NCBI RefSeq assembly: GCF_039654945.1
Contig: NW_027361688.1
Location: 1,488,001-1,552,000, forward strand
Direction: 5' to 3'
Length of the DNA stretch: 64,000 nucleotides
From: Dendrobates tinctorius
Taxonomy: Eukaryota
Position 1 is the first letter of the stretch, and every line of letters starts with the position of its first letter. Positions 41,322-55,057 of the stretch are shown one piece after another. The translations under genes and the position numbers were made by a program. Under the pieces are notes generated by a model that had not been told where the DNA came from, made no database searches, and saw only the letters and a list, made by a program, of their open reading frames with translations.

Positions 41322-42184
41322 ACCACCCCGTCTACAGCAGAGCTGTGGCTGCGTGTCTGTATCTCGCTCCTCTCCCTGGGGAATGTGTCTGCACTTACTG
41401 GCACCTCGTGTGTTAGCTGGAGGAAGAGATCAGATCAATGTATCTGGCATTAGAGGTTGGGGACTAAAGGATAGTAAAATGGAGAGGGAGATGAGGGTTG
41501 TAGTGAGATGTAGAATGATGGGGAACATCAGGAATAGTTTGACAGTGGAGGAGCAGGTGCAGGCAGCCATAGATGATCGGTTGCTCCTCTCTCATTGAAT
41601 CCGGTTCTCTCCCAGAGCGCTGGGGCCTGGTGTCCATTGTTCTGCTGATAGTAGGTGGAGATGGGCTGTTGGCTCTTTGTAGTCAGCGATGTTTCCAGCA
41701 GTTTGTCCTCATTCTGATCAGAGCTCTCTGCACTTTCTCACTGACGTTCCTCTGATATTACACACCCTTTGCTCCGCAGATTGGTGGAGGCTCCTGGCCA
41801 ATAAGATCCCAAAGATTGATCTATTTCTAGGTCTGAATCTCACATTGTCATTGAGAAGCCGATCACTTGTTTATCGCAGCAGAACCTGTCACTGAGTTAA
41901 ATGAGCAGAGCACAATATGGAGGGTATAAAGCACAATATGGGGGTTTATAGCACTACATGGAGAAATATAGTGGTATATTACAGGTATACAGCAGTATAT
42001 GGCGGTTATACACTACTCTATGGATGGAGAGAATATAGCAGGTCCGGCTCTCACATTGTAATTACTCCGAGCAGGATGTCACCGCGGAGAGGAATCAGGT
42101 TTCTGACTATTTTTAGTGTCATCCCTGTAGAAGTGGAAAAGAACAAAACAATGAGCGGGAAATTCAAAATCACTAACATTTCTG

Positions 42185-42664
<480 letters not shown>

Positions 42665-42696
42665 TTGTATTCTCTGCTCTATCCTGACAACCCAAA

Positions 42697-42712
42697 GGCT
42701 CTTTTAAGAGCC
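42697..42712 (+). terminator. Histone 3' stem-loop (H4 copy 2)
   Basis: GGCTCT-TTTA-AGAGCC. Confidence 0.95.
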
Positions 42713-43349
42713 ACCCACATCTTCTGAGGAGAAGCTACAGCTCCTGGGGAGGGAGAGGGGGAAGGGGCTGCTGATAGGGCTGGGATGATTGCAGCCTGTG
42801 CTGCTGCTGCAGCTGGATACATTGCAGGCACTAATCGGTTAACACTGAGGTCGTGGGGGGAGTAATCTGGAGCTGCCTGTAGCGGAGCCATAGCCCTACT
42901 GAGTGCTGATTGGCTGTGCACATGGGCTGATGGTTTCTTCTGCTCTTTGTTCTCTGTAACATGTGGTGTCAGGATGGCGGAGGTGGATCTGCTCTTGTCA
43001 GGCTGGGAGCTGTGATTACAGGGGTAGTTTCATCATCTCCAAGATCCTATATTAGCAAAAACCTCCAATTAGAAACGTAGTATAGTTCTTCTGATTTACT
43101 ATTTCTCTTTCCTCGTGTGCAGTTATTGCAGAACCTTAGATATCCATGATTACCAACACTAGGAACTAAGTAACATGGATACCTAAGGTCCTGCAATGAT
43201 TGCACATGAGGAAAGAGACAGCAAATCTGAAAAACTATACTATATTTCTAATTTGAGGTATTTGCTATTATTCTACCTTCTCCATATTGGATAGTATCTT
43301 GGAGCTGGGAATACCCCTTTAAATATCTGGTAGTGGTGAGTAAACCATA

Positions 43350-44965
43350 CAGTGGGGCAAAAAAGTATTTAGTCAGTCAGCAATAGTGCAAGTTCCACCA
43401 CTTAAAAAGATGAGAGGCGTCTGTAATTTACATCATAGGTAGACCTCAACTATGGGAGACAAACTGAGAAAAAAAAAATCCAGAAAATCACATTGTCTGG
43501 TTTTTTTTTCATTTTATTTGCATATTATGGTGGAAAATAAGTATTTGGTCAGAAACAAAATTTCATCTCAATACTTTGTGATATATCCTTTGTTGGCAAT
43601 GACAGAGGTCAAACGTTTTCTGTAAGTCTTCACAAGGTTGCCACACACTGTTGTTGGTATGTTGGCCCATTCCTCCATGCAGATCTCCTCTAGAGCAGTG
43701 ATGTTTTTGGCTTTTCGCTTGGCAACACGGACTTTCAACTCCCTCCAAAGGTTTTCTATAGGGTTGAGATCTGGAGACTGGCTAGGCCACTCCAGGACCT
43801 TGAAATGCTTCTTACGAAGCCACTCCTTCGTTGCCCTGGCGGTGTGCTTTGGATCATTGTCATGTTGAAAGACCCAGCCACGTTTCATCTTCAATGCCCT
43901 TGCTGATGGAAGGAGGTTTGCACTCAAAATCTCACGATACATGGCCCCATTCATTCTTTCATGTACCCGGATCAGTCGTCATGGCCCCTTTGCAGAGAAA
44001 CAGCCCCAAAGCATGATGTTTCCACCACCATGCTTTACAGTAGGTATGGTGTTTGATGGATGCAACTCAGTATTCTTTTTCCTCCAAACACGACAAGTTG
44101 TGTTTCTACCAAACAGTTCCAGTTTGGTTTCATCAGACCATAGGACATTCTCCCAAAACTCCTCTGGATCATCCAAATGCTCTCTAGCAAACTTCAGACG
44201 GGCCCGGACATGTACAGGCTTAAGCAGTGGGACACGTCTGGCACTGCAGGATCTGAGTCCATGGTGGCGTAGTGTGTTACTTATGGTAGGCCTTGTTACA
44301 TTGGTCCCAGCTCTCTGCAGTTCATTCACTAGGTCCCCCCGCGTGGTTCTGGGATTTTTGCTCACCGTTCTTGTGATCATTCTGACCCCACGGGGTTGGA
44401 TTTTGCGTGGAGCACCAGATCGAGGGAGATTATCAGTGGTCTTGTATGTCTTCCATTTTCTAATTATTGCTCCCACAGTTGATTTCTTCACTCCAAGCTG
44501 GTTGGCTATTGCAGATTCAGTCTTCCCAGCCTGGTGCAGGGCTACAATTTTGTTTCTGGTGTCCTTTGACAGCTCTTTGGTCTTCACCATAGTGGAGTTT
44601 GGAGTCAGACTGTTTGAGGGTGTGCACAGGTGTCTTTTTATACTGATAACTAGTTTAAACAGGTGCCATTACTACAGGTAATGAGTGGAGGAAAGAGGAG
44701 ACTCTTAAAGAAGAAGTTACAGGTCTGTGAGAGCCAGAAATCTTGATTGCTTGTTTCTGACCAAATACTTATTTTCCACCATAATATGCAAATAAAATGA
44801 AAAAAAGACAGACAATGTGATTTTCTGGATTTTTTTTTCTCAGTTTGTCTCCCATAGTTTAGGTCTACCTATGATGTAAATTACAGACGCCTCTCATCTT
44901 CTCATCTTTTTAAGTGGTGGAACTTGCACTATTGCTGACTGACTAAATACTTTTTTGCCCCACTG
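43350..44965 (-). mobile_element. Tc1-like transposon, full length (1616 bp)
   Basis: TA TSD; ~210-bp TIRs starting CAGTGGGGCAAAAAAGTATTTAGTC; empty paralogous sites near 15630 and 50455. Confidence 0.96.
43568..44590 (-). pseudogene. Tc1 DD34E transposase (340 codons) with one in-frame TGA at 43979-43981
   Basis: [23 protein letters not shown] with 34 residues between D and E; both ORF halves in the same frame. Confidence 0.93.
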
Positions 44966-46077
44966 TATGTATGGGGTGATAGTTTATACTTTTTAGGAGT
45001 TATACAGCACTACATGGGGGTAAACTACATCATGTGTCAGTATACAGAGCTATGTGGCGGTATACTACGCTATCTGGGGCAGAACAGCATATCAGGATTA
45101 TACAGCGCTATATGGGGGTAAACAGTACAATATGGGGGTGGAAAGCATAGAGGCATCAACAGCACAATCTGTGTATACAGCACTGGATGAACGGGATTGT
45201 GAAGGAAACCATGTTGTCTCCATCTTGTTCCCTGTAGTAACCATGTACATGGACTTTTCTCCCTGCATCCCCCAACCTTGAAGAACAAGTTCTGTACTCT
45301 GTATTCCTACAGGCCACATCCATTGTGCTTGTCAGGACCACCCTGAATACCTGCAATTCTTCTGTTTACCTCTCTAGATAACCAGAATTTTACATTATGT
45401 GCATAATAATAGCAGTGTGATTAACAGAACTGAGAAGAAGCGGACTCCTCATAATAGCATTTATCTCCATATATACAGAGGCGCTGGGAGCCGCACACTC
45501 AGTTCTGAATGAAAGCATCAACAAAATAGACAATTTTAGAGTAAAAAGGAATTATCAGCAGCTCAAACAACCAGCAGTGTCTGCAGATTCATTCACAAAC
45601 TGGAAACGTTACAGTATAAACCGAAGTTTGTTTCCAGATGTCGCCTTTCTGCACTAATATTCAGCTATATAACCTTTACTTCTGATAACCGCTATGCATC
45701 TGTGTGGCGCGGAGTCACTGACACCTGCGGACAGACATTCCATAGTTCTTTTCCATGATGTCTGGTGTGTGATAATTGCACTGAACCTGTAACATCTGCC
45801 TCCGCATGGTTCCCCTCACCACTATGGCCGCAGCAGCATCCTCTTCTCCCTCGCTTGACCTCATCTGCAGACCTGCTTCTAAACCTTAGATCCCTCCTTC
45901 TAAAGCACAACATAAGCCCTACATGCTCCCTCTCCAACCTCCTCTCACTCTCTCTGCTCCTCCTCACTGCTGGTGACATATCTCCCAATTCTGAACCTTA
46001 AAAACTAAATACCTACTAATATTTTTCCATCCTGTTATTCCCCAGCTACTATAAATCTACCAAACCTCTCCAGCTTA

Positions 46078-46644
46078 GGTCTGTTTCACACATCCGTTTG
46101 TCACCATCAGTCAAAATCCGCCGATTTGCAAAAAAAACCGGATCTATCGGATTTATCGTGGCGGATTCGTTTTTTTCCCCATTAACTTTCATTATCGGCT
46201 GATTTTGACTGAGGATCGTCCGTTGCATCCGTATTTCTGCGGATCCTCCAAAATGTTGGCGTCCGCTGAGATCACCGAACGGACAATGCAACGTTTTTTT
46301 GTTGACCGGATCCGTATTTTCCTCTTTTGCTACATGTTTAACCCTAAATCCAATCTGGCTGCTGGATAAAAAAAAATCTCTCTCTCCTCCACTCACCACG
46401 ACATCCCCCGAGATCTCGCCTCCACTCACCGCGACATCGCCCGAGATCTCGCCTCCTCTGACCGCTACATCGCCGGTAGTCATCTTTTCTTTTCAGCCGC
46501 GGTTCCTTTAAAATTCCGAAATCGGCGGATCCTGGCGAACCAATGGTCCGGTGGCTCCCGTTGGTGTTTCATCGCCCACGGATCCGTTATCCGCCATTTT
46601 AGTGGCTGCCAACGCACAGGAAAAACGTAAGTGTGAAACAGGCC
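46078..46644. mobile_element. PIF/Harbinger-like MITE
   Basis: TTA-GGTCTGTTTCACAC ... GTGTGAAACAGGCC-TTA; empty site near 13015. Confidence 0.88.
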
Positions 46645-47321
46645 TTAATACCCACCCAGTTGACCCCCACTCCATCTTTCTGAAGCACTGTTCAACAGCG
46701 TTCCACCTGCAACAAACTTCATGACCTCTTTACTAGTGTTGAGCGACTTTTGGTTTTTTAGGGTCGAGTTTCGTTTCATGAAACCCGACTTTTCCAAAAG
46801 TCGGGTCGAGCAAAATCGGCCGACTATAGGGAAAAGTCGGGGTCGTCCCGAAACACCAAACCCAATGTAAGTCAATGGAGAATTAAAGTCGGCAGTGAGA
46901 GGGGGACAGGAAACACACCAACAGTGCCCATTTGAATGCCAAAAGCATAAATTCTTGTTACTGAAGCTTGTCAACCTTAATTAACTTCATAATACTAGTT
47001 ACGCACTGAAAAATGGGGGTTATTTGGCTACAGTTGTGGGGGGGGGCTGGCTCCAGGTTTTCGTGGGCCCAGGGCCAAAGAGCGCCCCTTTAACACATAC
47101 CACAACTCATGATGCTCCGATACGGCAGAGAAATAGCGGTATAGTACAATGAAAAATACTTCACTTCTTACATCTCATGACTGATATCCATTTTAAATTC
47201 TCCAATACCTCCAAAAACAGACAGTATATAACGCCATACAGTATTATGGCCAGCGCTTAGTGCGCTATACAGAGTAATGAGGCCCATATATTTCTCCATA
47301 CGGAATCATTATTCCCATATA

Positions 47322-48169
47322 GATACAGGAAAGATGTATATCTTTGTACCGTGTTAGCCAGTGTATAGAAAAATATTCAGGATTGAGAGTCCTCAGTAGT
47401 TGATACCTTTTAATGGCTAACTGAAAAGATGGTAATACATTGCAAGCTTTCGAGACTACTCAGGTCTCTTCATCAGGCTAGACTAATACAAAATCTGAAG
47501 TCACATATTTATGCACAATACAGCCTAGAAAAAATGCAATAGATAAGACAAGTGACGTGAAGCAGAACTATCAATATGGGAGAGGGAGAAACATAAATAT
47601 AAACATTGGACCAGTTCATAGATAAGGAGTCTGGATGTTTTATGGTCCTCTGATTGGGGTCTAGTTCTGTGTTGCCCCGCAAGGTTTTAAAAGGAAATTC
47701 GTTAAGTGATGTAAAAAGACATAAATCCATGCGACACATTCATTCCAGCACTGAGAGTGTCAAAGTTCGTCATAAATTTGTACTCCCAAACTCGTGTCTC
47801 TCTCTCGTCTCTTTATGTCTTTTTACATCACTTAACGAATTTCCTTTTAAAACCTTGCGGGGCAACACAGAACTAGACCCCAATCAGAGGACCATAAAAC
47901 ATCCAGACTCCTTATCTATGAACTGGTCCAATGTTTATATTTATGTTTCTCCCTCTCCCATATTGATAGTTCTGCTTCACGTCACTTGTCTTATCTATTG
48001 CATTTTTTCTAGGCTGTATTGTGCTTAAATCTGTGACTTCAGATTTTGTATTAGTCTAGCCTGATGAAGAGACCTGAGTAGTCTCGAAAGCTTGCAATGT
48101 ATTACCATCTTTTCAGTTAGCCATTAAAAGGTATCAACTACTGAGGACTCTCAATCCTGAATATTTTTC
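47322..48169 (-). mobile_element. Penelope-like 3' fragment with an inverted pLTR (~360-bp arms)
   Basis: Arms about 47362-47726 and 47812-48171; minus-strand peptide RVWEYKFMTNFDTLSAGMNVSHGFMSFYIT*; 12-bp flanking direct repeat TATTCCCATATA. Confidence 0.82.
48055..48098 (+). ncRNA. Minimal hammerhead ribozyme-like motif (mirror copy near 47440-47482 on the minus strand)
   Basis: CTGATGA-A-GAGAC(ctgagta)GTCTC-GAAA-GCTT; helix I weak. Confidence 0.55.
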
Positions 48170-49349
48170 TATTCCCATATAATGTTTCAAACCGTATATG
48201 ATGAGCTCCACATAATGCTACAGTATATGTTGGTCCCAATGGATGAAGCTCCACTGTGTTATGGGCCCAAATAATGCTCCATACATAATGGGCCCCATTT
48301 CTACTGCTCTAGTGTATAATGGGCCCTGTAAATGCTGCTCCAGTGTCTGATGTCCACCTTTGGAATGTTCCAGTGTATGGTGGGCCCCATATAACATTCA
48401 CCAGAGTATAGTGCTCCCCAAAAATTGCTGTCCCAACATTGAAAACAATTACATAAGTCTCCTTGCTAGGGAATCCCTGCACTACTCTGAACTCCTTGTC
48501 GTCCCCATCTTCCATCTCACTGCACCGGCAGAGACACTTTTTCGTACTATGCGGTGCCCTGTGCCAGTGCTATCGCCCATGAATATGCCCCCCACCTGCT
48601 CAAGAAACCTGCACTTTCATCTGCACCTTCCTCTTTGTCACCGTGTAAGGTGGTATAGTATGCGGGAAGGGGAACCTGAGTTTCCTCTGGGTCAGATTCT
48701 GGCTGTGTAGAGTGCGAGGGGAATGTAATGGTCTGGGTCAATGTACCAGCAGCATCATCCAGCAGTGGCTAGGCCTCAGTGCACTTGTGGTGTCCCCAAG
48801 AGTACGGTCGCCACTGTGGCATTGCCTTCCTCCTAGGGAGTGTGTTGTCAAGCTTGGGAGCAACGAAGGATCTCTCTAGCAGTGAAACCAACACACAACA
48901 CATTTCCCACTCCAGGCCAGCAGGGAGACCTCTGAACCTGACTGCTGAGGAGCTGCTCTATTGATCTATTTCTAGGTCTGAATCTCACATTGTCATTGAG
49001 AAGCCGATCACTTGTTTATCGCAGCAGAACCTGTCACTGACATAAATGAGCAGAGCACAACATGGGGGTTTATAGCACTACATGGAGAAATATAGTGGTA
49101 TATTACAGGTATACAGCAGTATATGGGGGGGTTATACATTACTCTAAGGATGGAGAGAATATAGCAGGTCCGGCTCTCACATTGTAATTACACCGAGCAG
49201 GATGTCACCACGGAGAGGAATCAGGTTTCTCACTATTTTTAGTGTCATCCCTGTAGAAGCGGAAAAGAACAAAACAATGAGCGGGAAAATCAAAATCACT
49301 AACAGATCTGTGCTTGGCCAATCAGCAGAGGAAGGGGCGGAGCTGATAA

Positions 49350-49790
<441 letters not shown>

Positions 49791-49822
49791 TTGTATTCTC
49801 TTCTCTATCCTGACAACCCAAA

Positions 49823-49838
49823 GGCTCTTTTAAGAGCC
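49823..49838 (+). terminator. Histone 3' stem-loop (H4 copy 3)
   Basis: GGCTCT-TTTA-AGAGCC. Confidence 0.95.
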
Positions 49839-51309
49839 ACCCACATCTTCTGAGGAGAAGCTACAGCTCCTGGGGAGGGAGAGGGGGAAGGGGCTGCTGA
49901 TAGTCCTGTGCTGCTGCAGCTGGATACATTGCAGACACTAATGGGTTAACACTGTGGGCCTGGGGGGGAGTAATCTGGTGCTGCCTGTGGGCGGAGCCAT
50001 AGCCCTACTGAGTGCTGATTGGCTGTGCACATGGGCTGATGGTTTCTTCTGCTCTTTGTTTTCTGTAACGTGGTGTCAGGATGGCGGCGGTGGATCTGCT
50101 CTTGTCAGGCTGGGAGCTGTGATTACAGGGGTAGTTCCATCTCCAAGATCCTATATTAGCAAATACCTCCAATTAGAAACGTAGTATAGTTCTTCTGATT
50201 TACTATTTCTGTTTCCTCGTGTGCAATTATTGCAGGACCTTAGATATCCATGATTACCAACACTAGCAACTATGTAACATGGACACGAAAGGTCCTGCAA
50301 TGATTGCACATGAGGAAAGAGACAGCAAATCCGAAAAACTATACTATATTTCTAATTTCAGGTATTTGCTATTATTATTCTACCTTCTCCATATTGGATA
50401 GTATCTTGGAGCTGGGAATACCCCTTTAAATATCTGGTAGTGGTGAGTGAACCATATATATGGGGTGATAGTTTATATTTTTAGGGGTTATACAGCACTA
50501 CATGGAGGGTAAACTACATCATGTGTCGGTATACAGGGCTATGTGGCGGTATACTACGCTATTTGGGGCAGAACAGCATATCAGGATTATACAGCGCTAT
50601 ATGGGGGTAAGCAGTACAATATGGGGGTGGAAAGCATAGAGGCATCAACAGCACAATCTGTGTATACAGCACTGGATGAACAGGATTGTGAAGGAAACCA
50701 TGTTGTCTCCATCTTGTTCCCTGAAGTAGCCATGTACATGGACTTTTCTCCCTGCATCCCCCAACCTTGAAGAACAAGTTCTGTCCTCTGTATTCCCACA
50801 GGCCACATCCATTGTGCTTGTCAGGACCACCCTGAATACCTGCAATTCTTCTGTTTACCTCTCTAGATAACCAGAAATTTACATTATGTGTATAATAATA
50901 GCAGTGTGATTAACAGAACTGAGAAGAAGCGGACTCCTCATAATAGCATTTATCTCCATATATACAGAGGCGCTGGGAGCCACACACTCAGTTCTGAATG
51001 AAAGCATCAACAAAATAGACATTTTTAGAGTAAAAAGGAATTATCAGCTGCTCAAACAACCAGCAGTGTCTGCAGATTCATTCACAAACTGGAAACGTTA
51101 CAGTATAAACCGAAGTTTGTTTCCAGATGTCGCCTTTCTGCACTAATATTCAGCTATATAACCTTTACTTCTGATAACCGCTGTGCATCTGTGTGGCGCG
51201 GAGTCACTGACACCTGCGGACAGATATTCCAGACATTCCATAGTTCTTTTCCATGATATCTGGTGTGTGATAATTGCACTGAACCTGTAACATCTGCCTC
51301 CGCATGGTT

Positions 51310-54004
51310 CATAGAATCATAGAATCATAGAATGGTAGAGTTGGAAGGGACCTCCTGGGCCATCTGGTCCAACCCCCTGCTCAAAGCAGGATTCGCTAAA
51401 TCATCCAAGTTAGATGTCTGTCCAGCCTCTGTTTGAAGACTTCCATTGAAGGAGAACTCACCACTTCTCGTGGCAGCCTGTTCCACTCATTGATCACTCT
51501 AACTGTCAAAAAGTTTTTTCTAATATCTAATCTGTGTCTCCTCCCATTCAGCTTCATCCCATTGCTTCTAGTCTTTCCTTGTGCAAATGAGAATAAAGTT
51601 GATCCTTCTACAATGTGACAGCCCTTTAGATATTTGTAGACAGCTATTAAGTCTCCTCTCAGTCTTCTCTTTTGCAAACTAAACATTCCCAAATCCTGCA
51701 ACCTTTCCTCATAAGACAGGGTTTGCAGACCGGTCACCATTCTGGTCGCTCTTTTCTGAACTTGCTCCAGTTTGTTGATGTCTTTTTTAAAATGTGGTGC
51801 CCAAAATTGGACACAATATTCCAGATGAGGTCTGACCAAAGAGGAGTAGAGGGAAATAATTACTTCACGTGATCTAGACTGTATGCTTCTGTTAATACAT
51901 CCTAGAATTGCATTTGCCTTTTTTGCTGCTGCATCACACTGTTGACTCATATTCAGTCTGTGATCTATTAGTATACCCAAGTCTTTTTCACATGTGCTGT
52001 CACTTAGCCCTATTCCTCCCATTCTATATATGCTTTTTTCATTTTTATTGCCCAGATGTAGTACTTTGCATTTCTCCCTGTTAAAAACCATTCTGCTAGT
52101 TGCTGCCCACTTCTCCAGTTTATTTAAATCTTTATGAATCCTCTCTCTCTCTTCTCTAGTATTAGCTATCCCTCCTAGCTTTGTGTCATCAGCAAATTTA
52201 ATCAGTTTACCCTCAATTCCTTCATCTAAATCGTTGATAAAGATGTTGAACAATACAGGGCCCAGGACAGAGCCCTGTGGTACCCCACTTGAGACATTCT
52301 TCCAACTGGATGTGCAGCCATTTACGACCACTCTTTGGGTCCGATCACTAAGCCAGTTATGAATCCACCTAACAGTTGTCTTGTCCATTCCATACTTAGT
52401 CATTTTTTCAATAAGGATTGTATGAGAGACTTTGTCAAATGCTTTGCTGAAGTCAAGATATACTATATCTACAGCATTTCCTTGATCCACCCAATCAGTA
52501 ATACCATCATAGAAGGAAATTAAATTAGTCTGACATGACTTATTAGTTACAAACCCATGCTGACTCTGTTTAATCACTTCATTCTTATCCAGGTATTGAC
52601 ATACATGTTGTTTAATAATTTGTTCAAAGATCTTTCCTGGTATAGAAGTCAGACTCACCGGCCTATAGTTGCCTGGGTCCACCTTCTTCCCCTTTTTGAA
52701 GATAGGAACAACATTTGCTCTTCTCCAGTCTTCTGGCACTTCTCCTGTTCTCCAAGAATTTTCAAAGATTATGGAGAGGGGTTCAAAAATTTCTTCTGCT
52801 ATCTCCTTCAGTACTCTGGGGTGTAATTCATCTGGACCTGGAGACTTGAATTCATTTAGGTTAGCTAAGTGTTTCCTCACTATCTTTCTGTTTATAGATA
52901 TCCTGGATTCTTCTATTCCCTTAATAGGACAGTGAATAACAGTTGATGTTACATTTCCTTTCTGAGAGAAAACAGATGCAAAATAGGAATTTAAAAGTTC
53001 AGCCTTCTCAACATCCTGTCTTACCATTTCATCATTTTCATCCTGTAAAAATCCTATAGCATCTTTGACTTTTCTTTTACTTTTGACATATCCCCAAAAT
53101 CCTTTATTATTGCTTTTGACATCTCTTGCAAGCCTCAATTCATTTTCAGCTTTAGATAATCTGATTTGTGCCCTGCAGGTTCTGCAGACAGCATTATATT
53201 CTTCTTTAGATATGCCTCCCTCTTTCCATTTTATAAACATTTTTTTCTTCCTTTTTAGCATGTGCTTAAGTTCTGTGTTCATCCATCCTGGTTTCCTTAA
53301 ATGCTTCCTATTCTTCCCTCTTTTTGGAATTGTTAACAATTGTGCTTTGAGAATTTCATTTTTCAAGATTTCCCATCCTTCCTGGACATTTTTGTCTTTA
53401 AGGATATCCAGCCATTGGATCCCTCCAATTCTCTTTCTGAATCCCTTAAAATCTGCCTTTCTGAAATCTAACCTTGACGTCTGAGTCTTCACAGGTCTTC
53501 CGCCTCTAGTTATCCAAAATTCTAAAATAGCATGGTCGCTACCTCCTAGGGTCCCAGCCACTTTTACCTCCTCAACCATTTTCTCCCTGTTTATAAGGAT
53601 TAGATCCAAGGTAGCAGTTCCCCTTGTTTTCTCCCCTACCTTTTGGAAGATAAAGTTGTCAGCAAGAGAAGATAAGAATTTCCTTGACCTGTTAGTTTTG
53701 CCTGAGAGAGATTCCCAACAAATGTATGGATAGTTGAAATCTCCCATGACAACTATGTCATATTTTTTGGAGAACTTGGCCATTTGATGCATAAAGAGTT
53801 CATCCATATCTTCAGCTTGCACAGGCGGCCTGTAGTAAATGCCTACAATGGTGTCCTTTCCATTGTTCTGTCCTTGTATTCTTACCCAAACAGTTTCCAC
53901 AGAACTCCCAGTCTCTGAAGCTTCAATCTCTGTGCAGATATACGCATTTCTAACATACAATGCGACACCCCCTCCTCGTTTATCAAGTCTGTTTCTTGCA
54001 AAAC
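51310..54004 (-). mobile_element. CR1 LINE, 5' truncated within the endonuclease
   Basis: (ATTCTATG)-type 3' repeats at 51310-51333; empty site near 45812; open ORF2. Confidence 0.94.
51396..53960 (-). CDS. CR1 ORF2 (partial EN plus RT), uninterrupted
   Basis: [52 protein letters not shown]. Confidence 0.88.
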   Translation of the reverse strand: MYVRNAYICTEIEASETGSSVETVWVRIQGQNNGKDTIVGIYYRPPVQAEDMDELFMHQMAKFSKKYDIVVMGDFNYPYICWESLSGKTNRSRKFLSSLADNFIFQKVGEKTRGTATLDLILINREKMVEEVKVAGTLGGSDHAILEFWITRGGRPVKTQTSRLDFRKADFKGFRKRIGGIQWLDILKDKNVQEGWEILKNEILKAQLLTIPKRGKNRKHLRKPGWMNTELKHMLKRKKKMFIKWKEGGISKEEYNAVCRTCRAQIRLSKAENELRLARDVKSNNKGFWGYVKSKRKVKDAIGFLQDENDEMVRQDVEKAELLNSYFASVFSQKGNVTSTVIHCPIKGIEESRISINRKIVRKHLANLNEFKSPGPDELHPRVLKEIAEEIFEPLSIIFENSWRTGEVPEDWRRANVVPIFKKGKKVDPGNYRPVSLTSIPGKIFEQIIKQHVCQYLDKNEVIKQSQHGFVTNKSCQTNLISFYDGITDWVDQGNAVDIVYLDFSKAFDKVSHTILIEKMTKYGMDKTTVRWIHNWLSDRTQRVVVNGCTSSWKNVSSGVPQGSVLGPVLFNIFINDLDEGIEGKLIKFADDTKLGGIANTREERERIHKDLNKLEKWAATSRMVFNREKCKVLHLGNKNEKSIYRMGGIGLSDSTCEKDLGILIDHRLNMSQQCDAAAKKANAILGCINRSIQSRSREVIISLYSSLVRPHLEYCVQFWAPHFKKDINKLEQVQKRATRMVTGLQTLSYEERLQDLGMFSLQKRRLRGDLIAVYKYLKGCHIVEGSTLFSFAQGKTRSNGMKLNGRRHRLDIRKNFLTVRVINEWNRLPREVVSSPSMEVFKQRLDRHLTWMI

Positions 54005-54156
54005 ACCACTATCACCACTATGGCCGCAGCAGCATCCTCTTCCCCCTCGCTTGACCTCATCTGCAGACCTGCTTCTAAACCTTAGATCCCTCCTTCTAAA
54101 GCACAACATAAGCCCTACATGCTCCCTCTCCAACCTCCTCTCACTCTCTCTGCTCC

Positions 54157-55057
54157 TGTGCACATGTGCGGAATTGCCGCGGATATTTCTGCGGCAATTC
54201 CGTAACTCCATGCCGCAGGAAATTCGTGGGAAATCTGCATGCGGAATTCCCGCGAAAAACTAGCGTTTTGCAAGCGTTATTAGCTTGCAGAATGCTAGCG
54301 TTTTCCAAGCGATCTGTAGCATCACTTGGAAAACTGATTGACAAGTTGGTCACACTCGTCAAACATAGTGTTTGACGAGTGTGACCAACTTTTTACTATT
54401 AAGGCTGCCTATGCGGCATCAGTAGTAAATAGATCTAATGTTGAAATAATAATAAAAAAAAATCGTGATATTCTCACTTTCCGGAGTCCCCCGCAGCGTT
54501 CCCAGGCCTCAGTGATGCTCCCGGCAAGTCCCGTTCCCAGTGATGCCTTGCGATAATGAGCCCAGATGACGTAGCATCACGCGAGACCGCTACGTCATCA
54601 CTGGTCATTGACGCAAGGCTTCGCTGGAAACGGAAGTTGGCAGGAGCATCGCTGAGGCCTGGGGACGCCAGAAGGTGAGAATATTAATGTTTTTTATTTG
54701 AATTCTTTTTTTAACAGGGATATGGTACCCAGGGCCTGGAGGACAGTCTCCTCTCCTCCAGACCACTGGTACCATCCGCACATTTTCCGCTTACTTTGCG
54801 CATGGTGGGCACAGGCACATGCGGAAAGTAAGCGGAATAATGCTTTCCTATGTGTGCGGAATCCCCGCGATTCCGCAAAAAAGAATGAGCATGCTGCGTA
54901 TTTTTCCGCAATGCGATTCTGCCGCGGACAAATACGCAGCATTAGCACAGCATGTGCGGAATGCCATTGACTACAATGGGCTGCTTATTGTATACCTTTT
55001 CATGGCGAAAAAATGAGGCAAAAACGCATAAAATCTGCGGCAATGCCACACATGGCC
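54157..55057. mobile_element. Harbinger-like MITE at the site equivalent to 13041-13923, left end clipped by a deletion
   Basis: Inverted similarity to the 13-kb MITE; same right flank TCAATTTACCAAACC. Confidence 0.78.

Larger units (their letters stand above)
46734..48790 (-). mobile_element. Relics of the 6195-11391 hAT family (one terminus at 46734-47070, transposase piece near 48600-48790)
   Basis: TAGTGTTGAGCGAC terminus matching 6195-6510; TQPESDPEETQVPLPAYYTTLHGD matches the ORF at 9390-9480. Confidence 0.75.

Noticed and set aside
43941-44681. 246-aa plus-strand ORF
   Set aside because: Antisense to the Tc1 transposase with no independent motif
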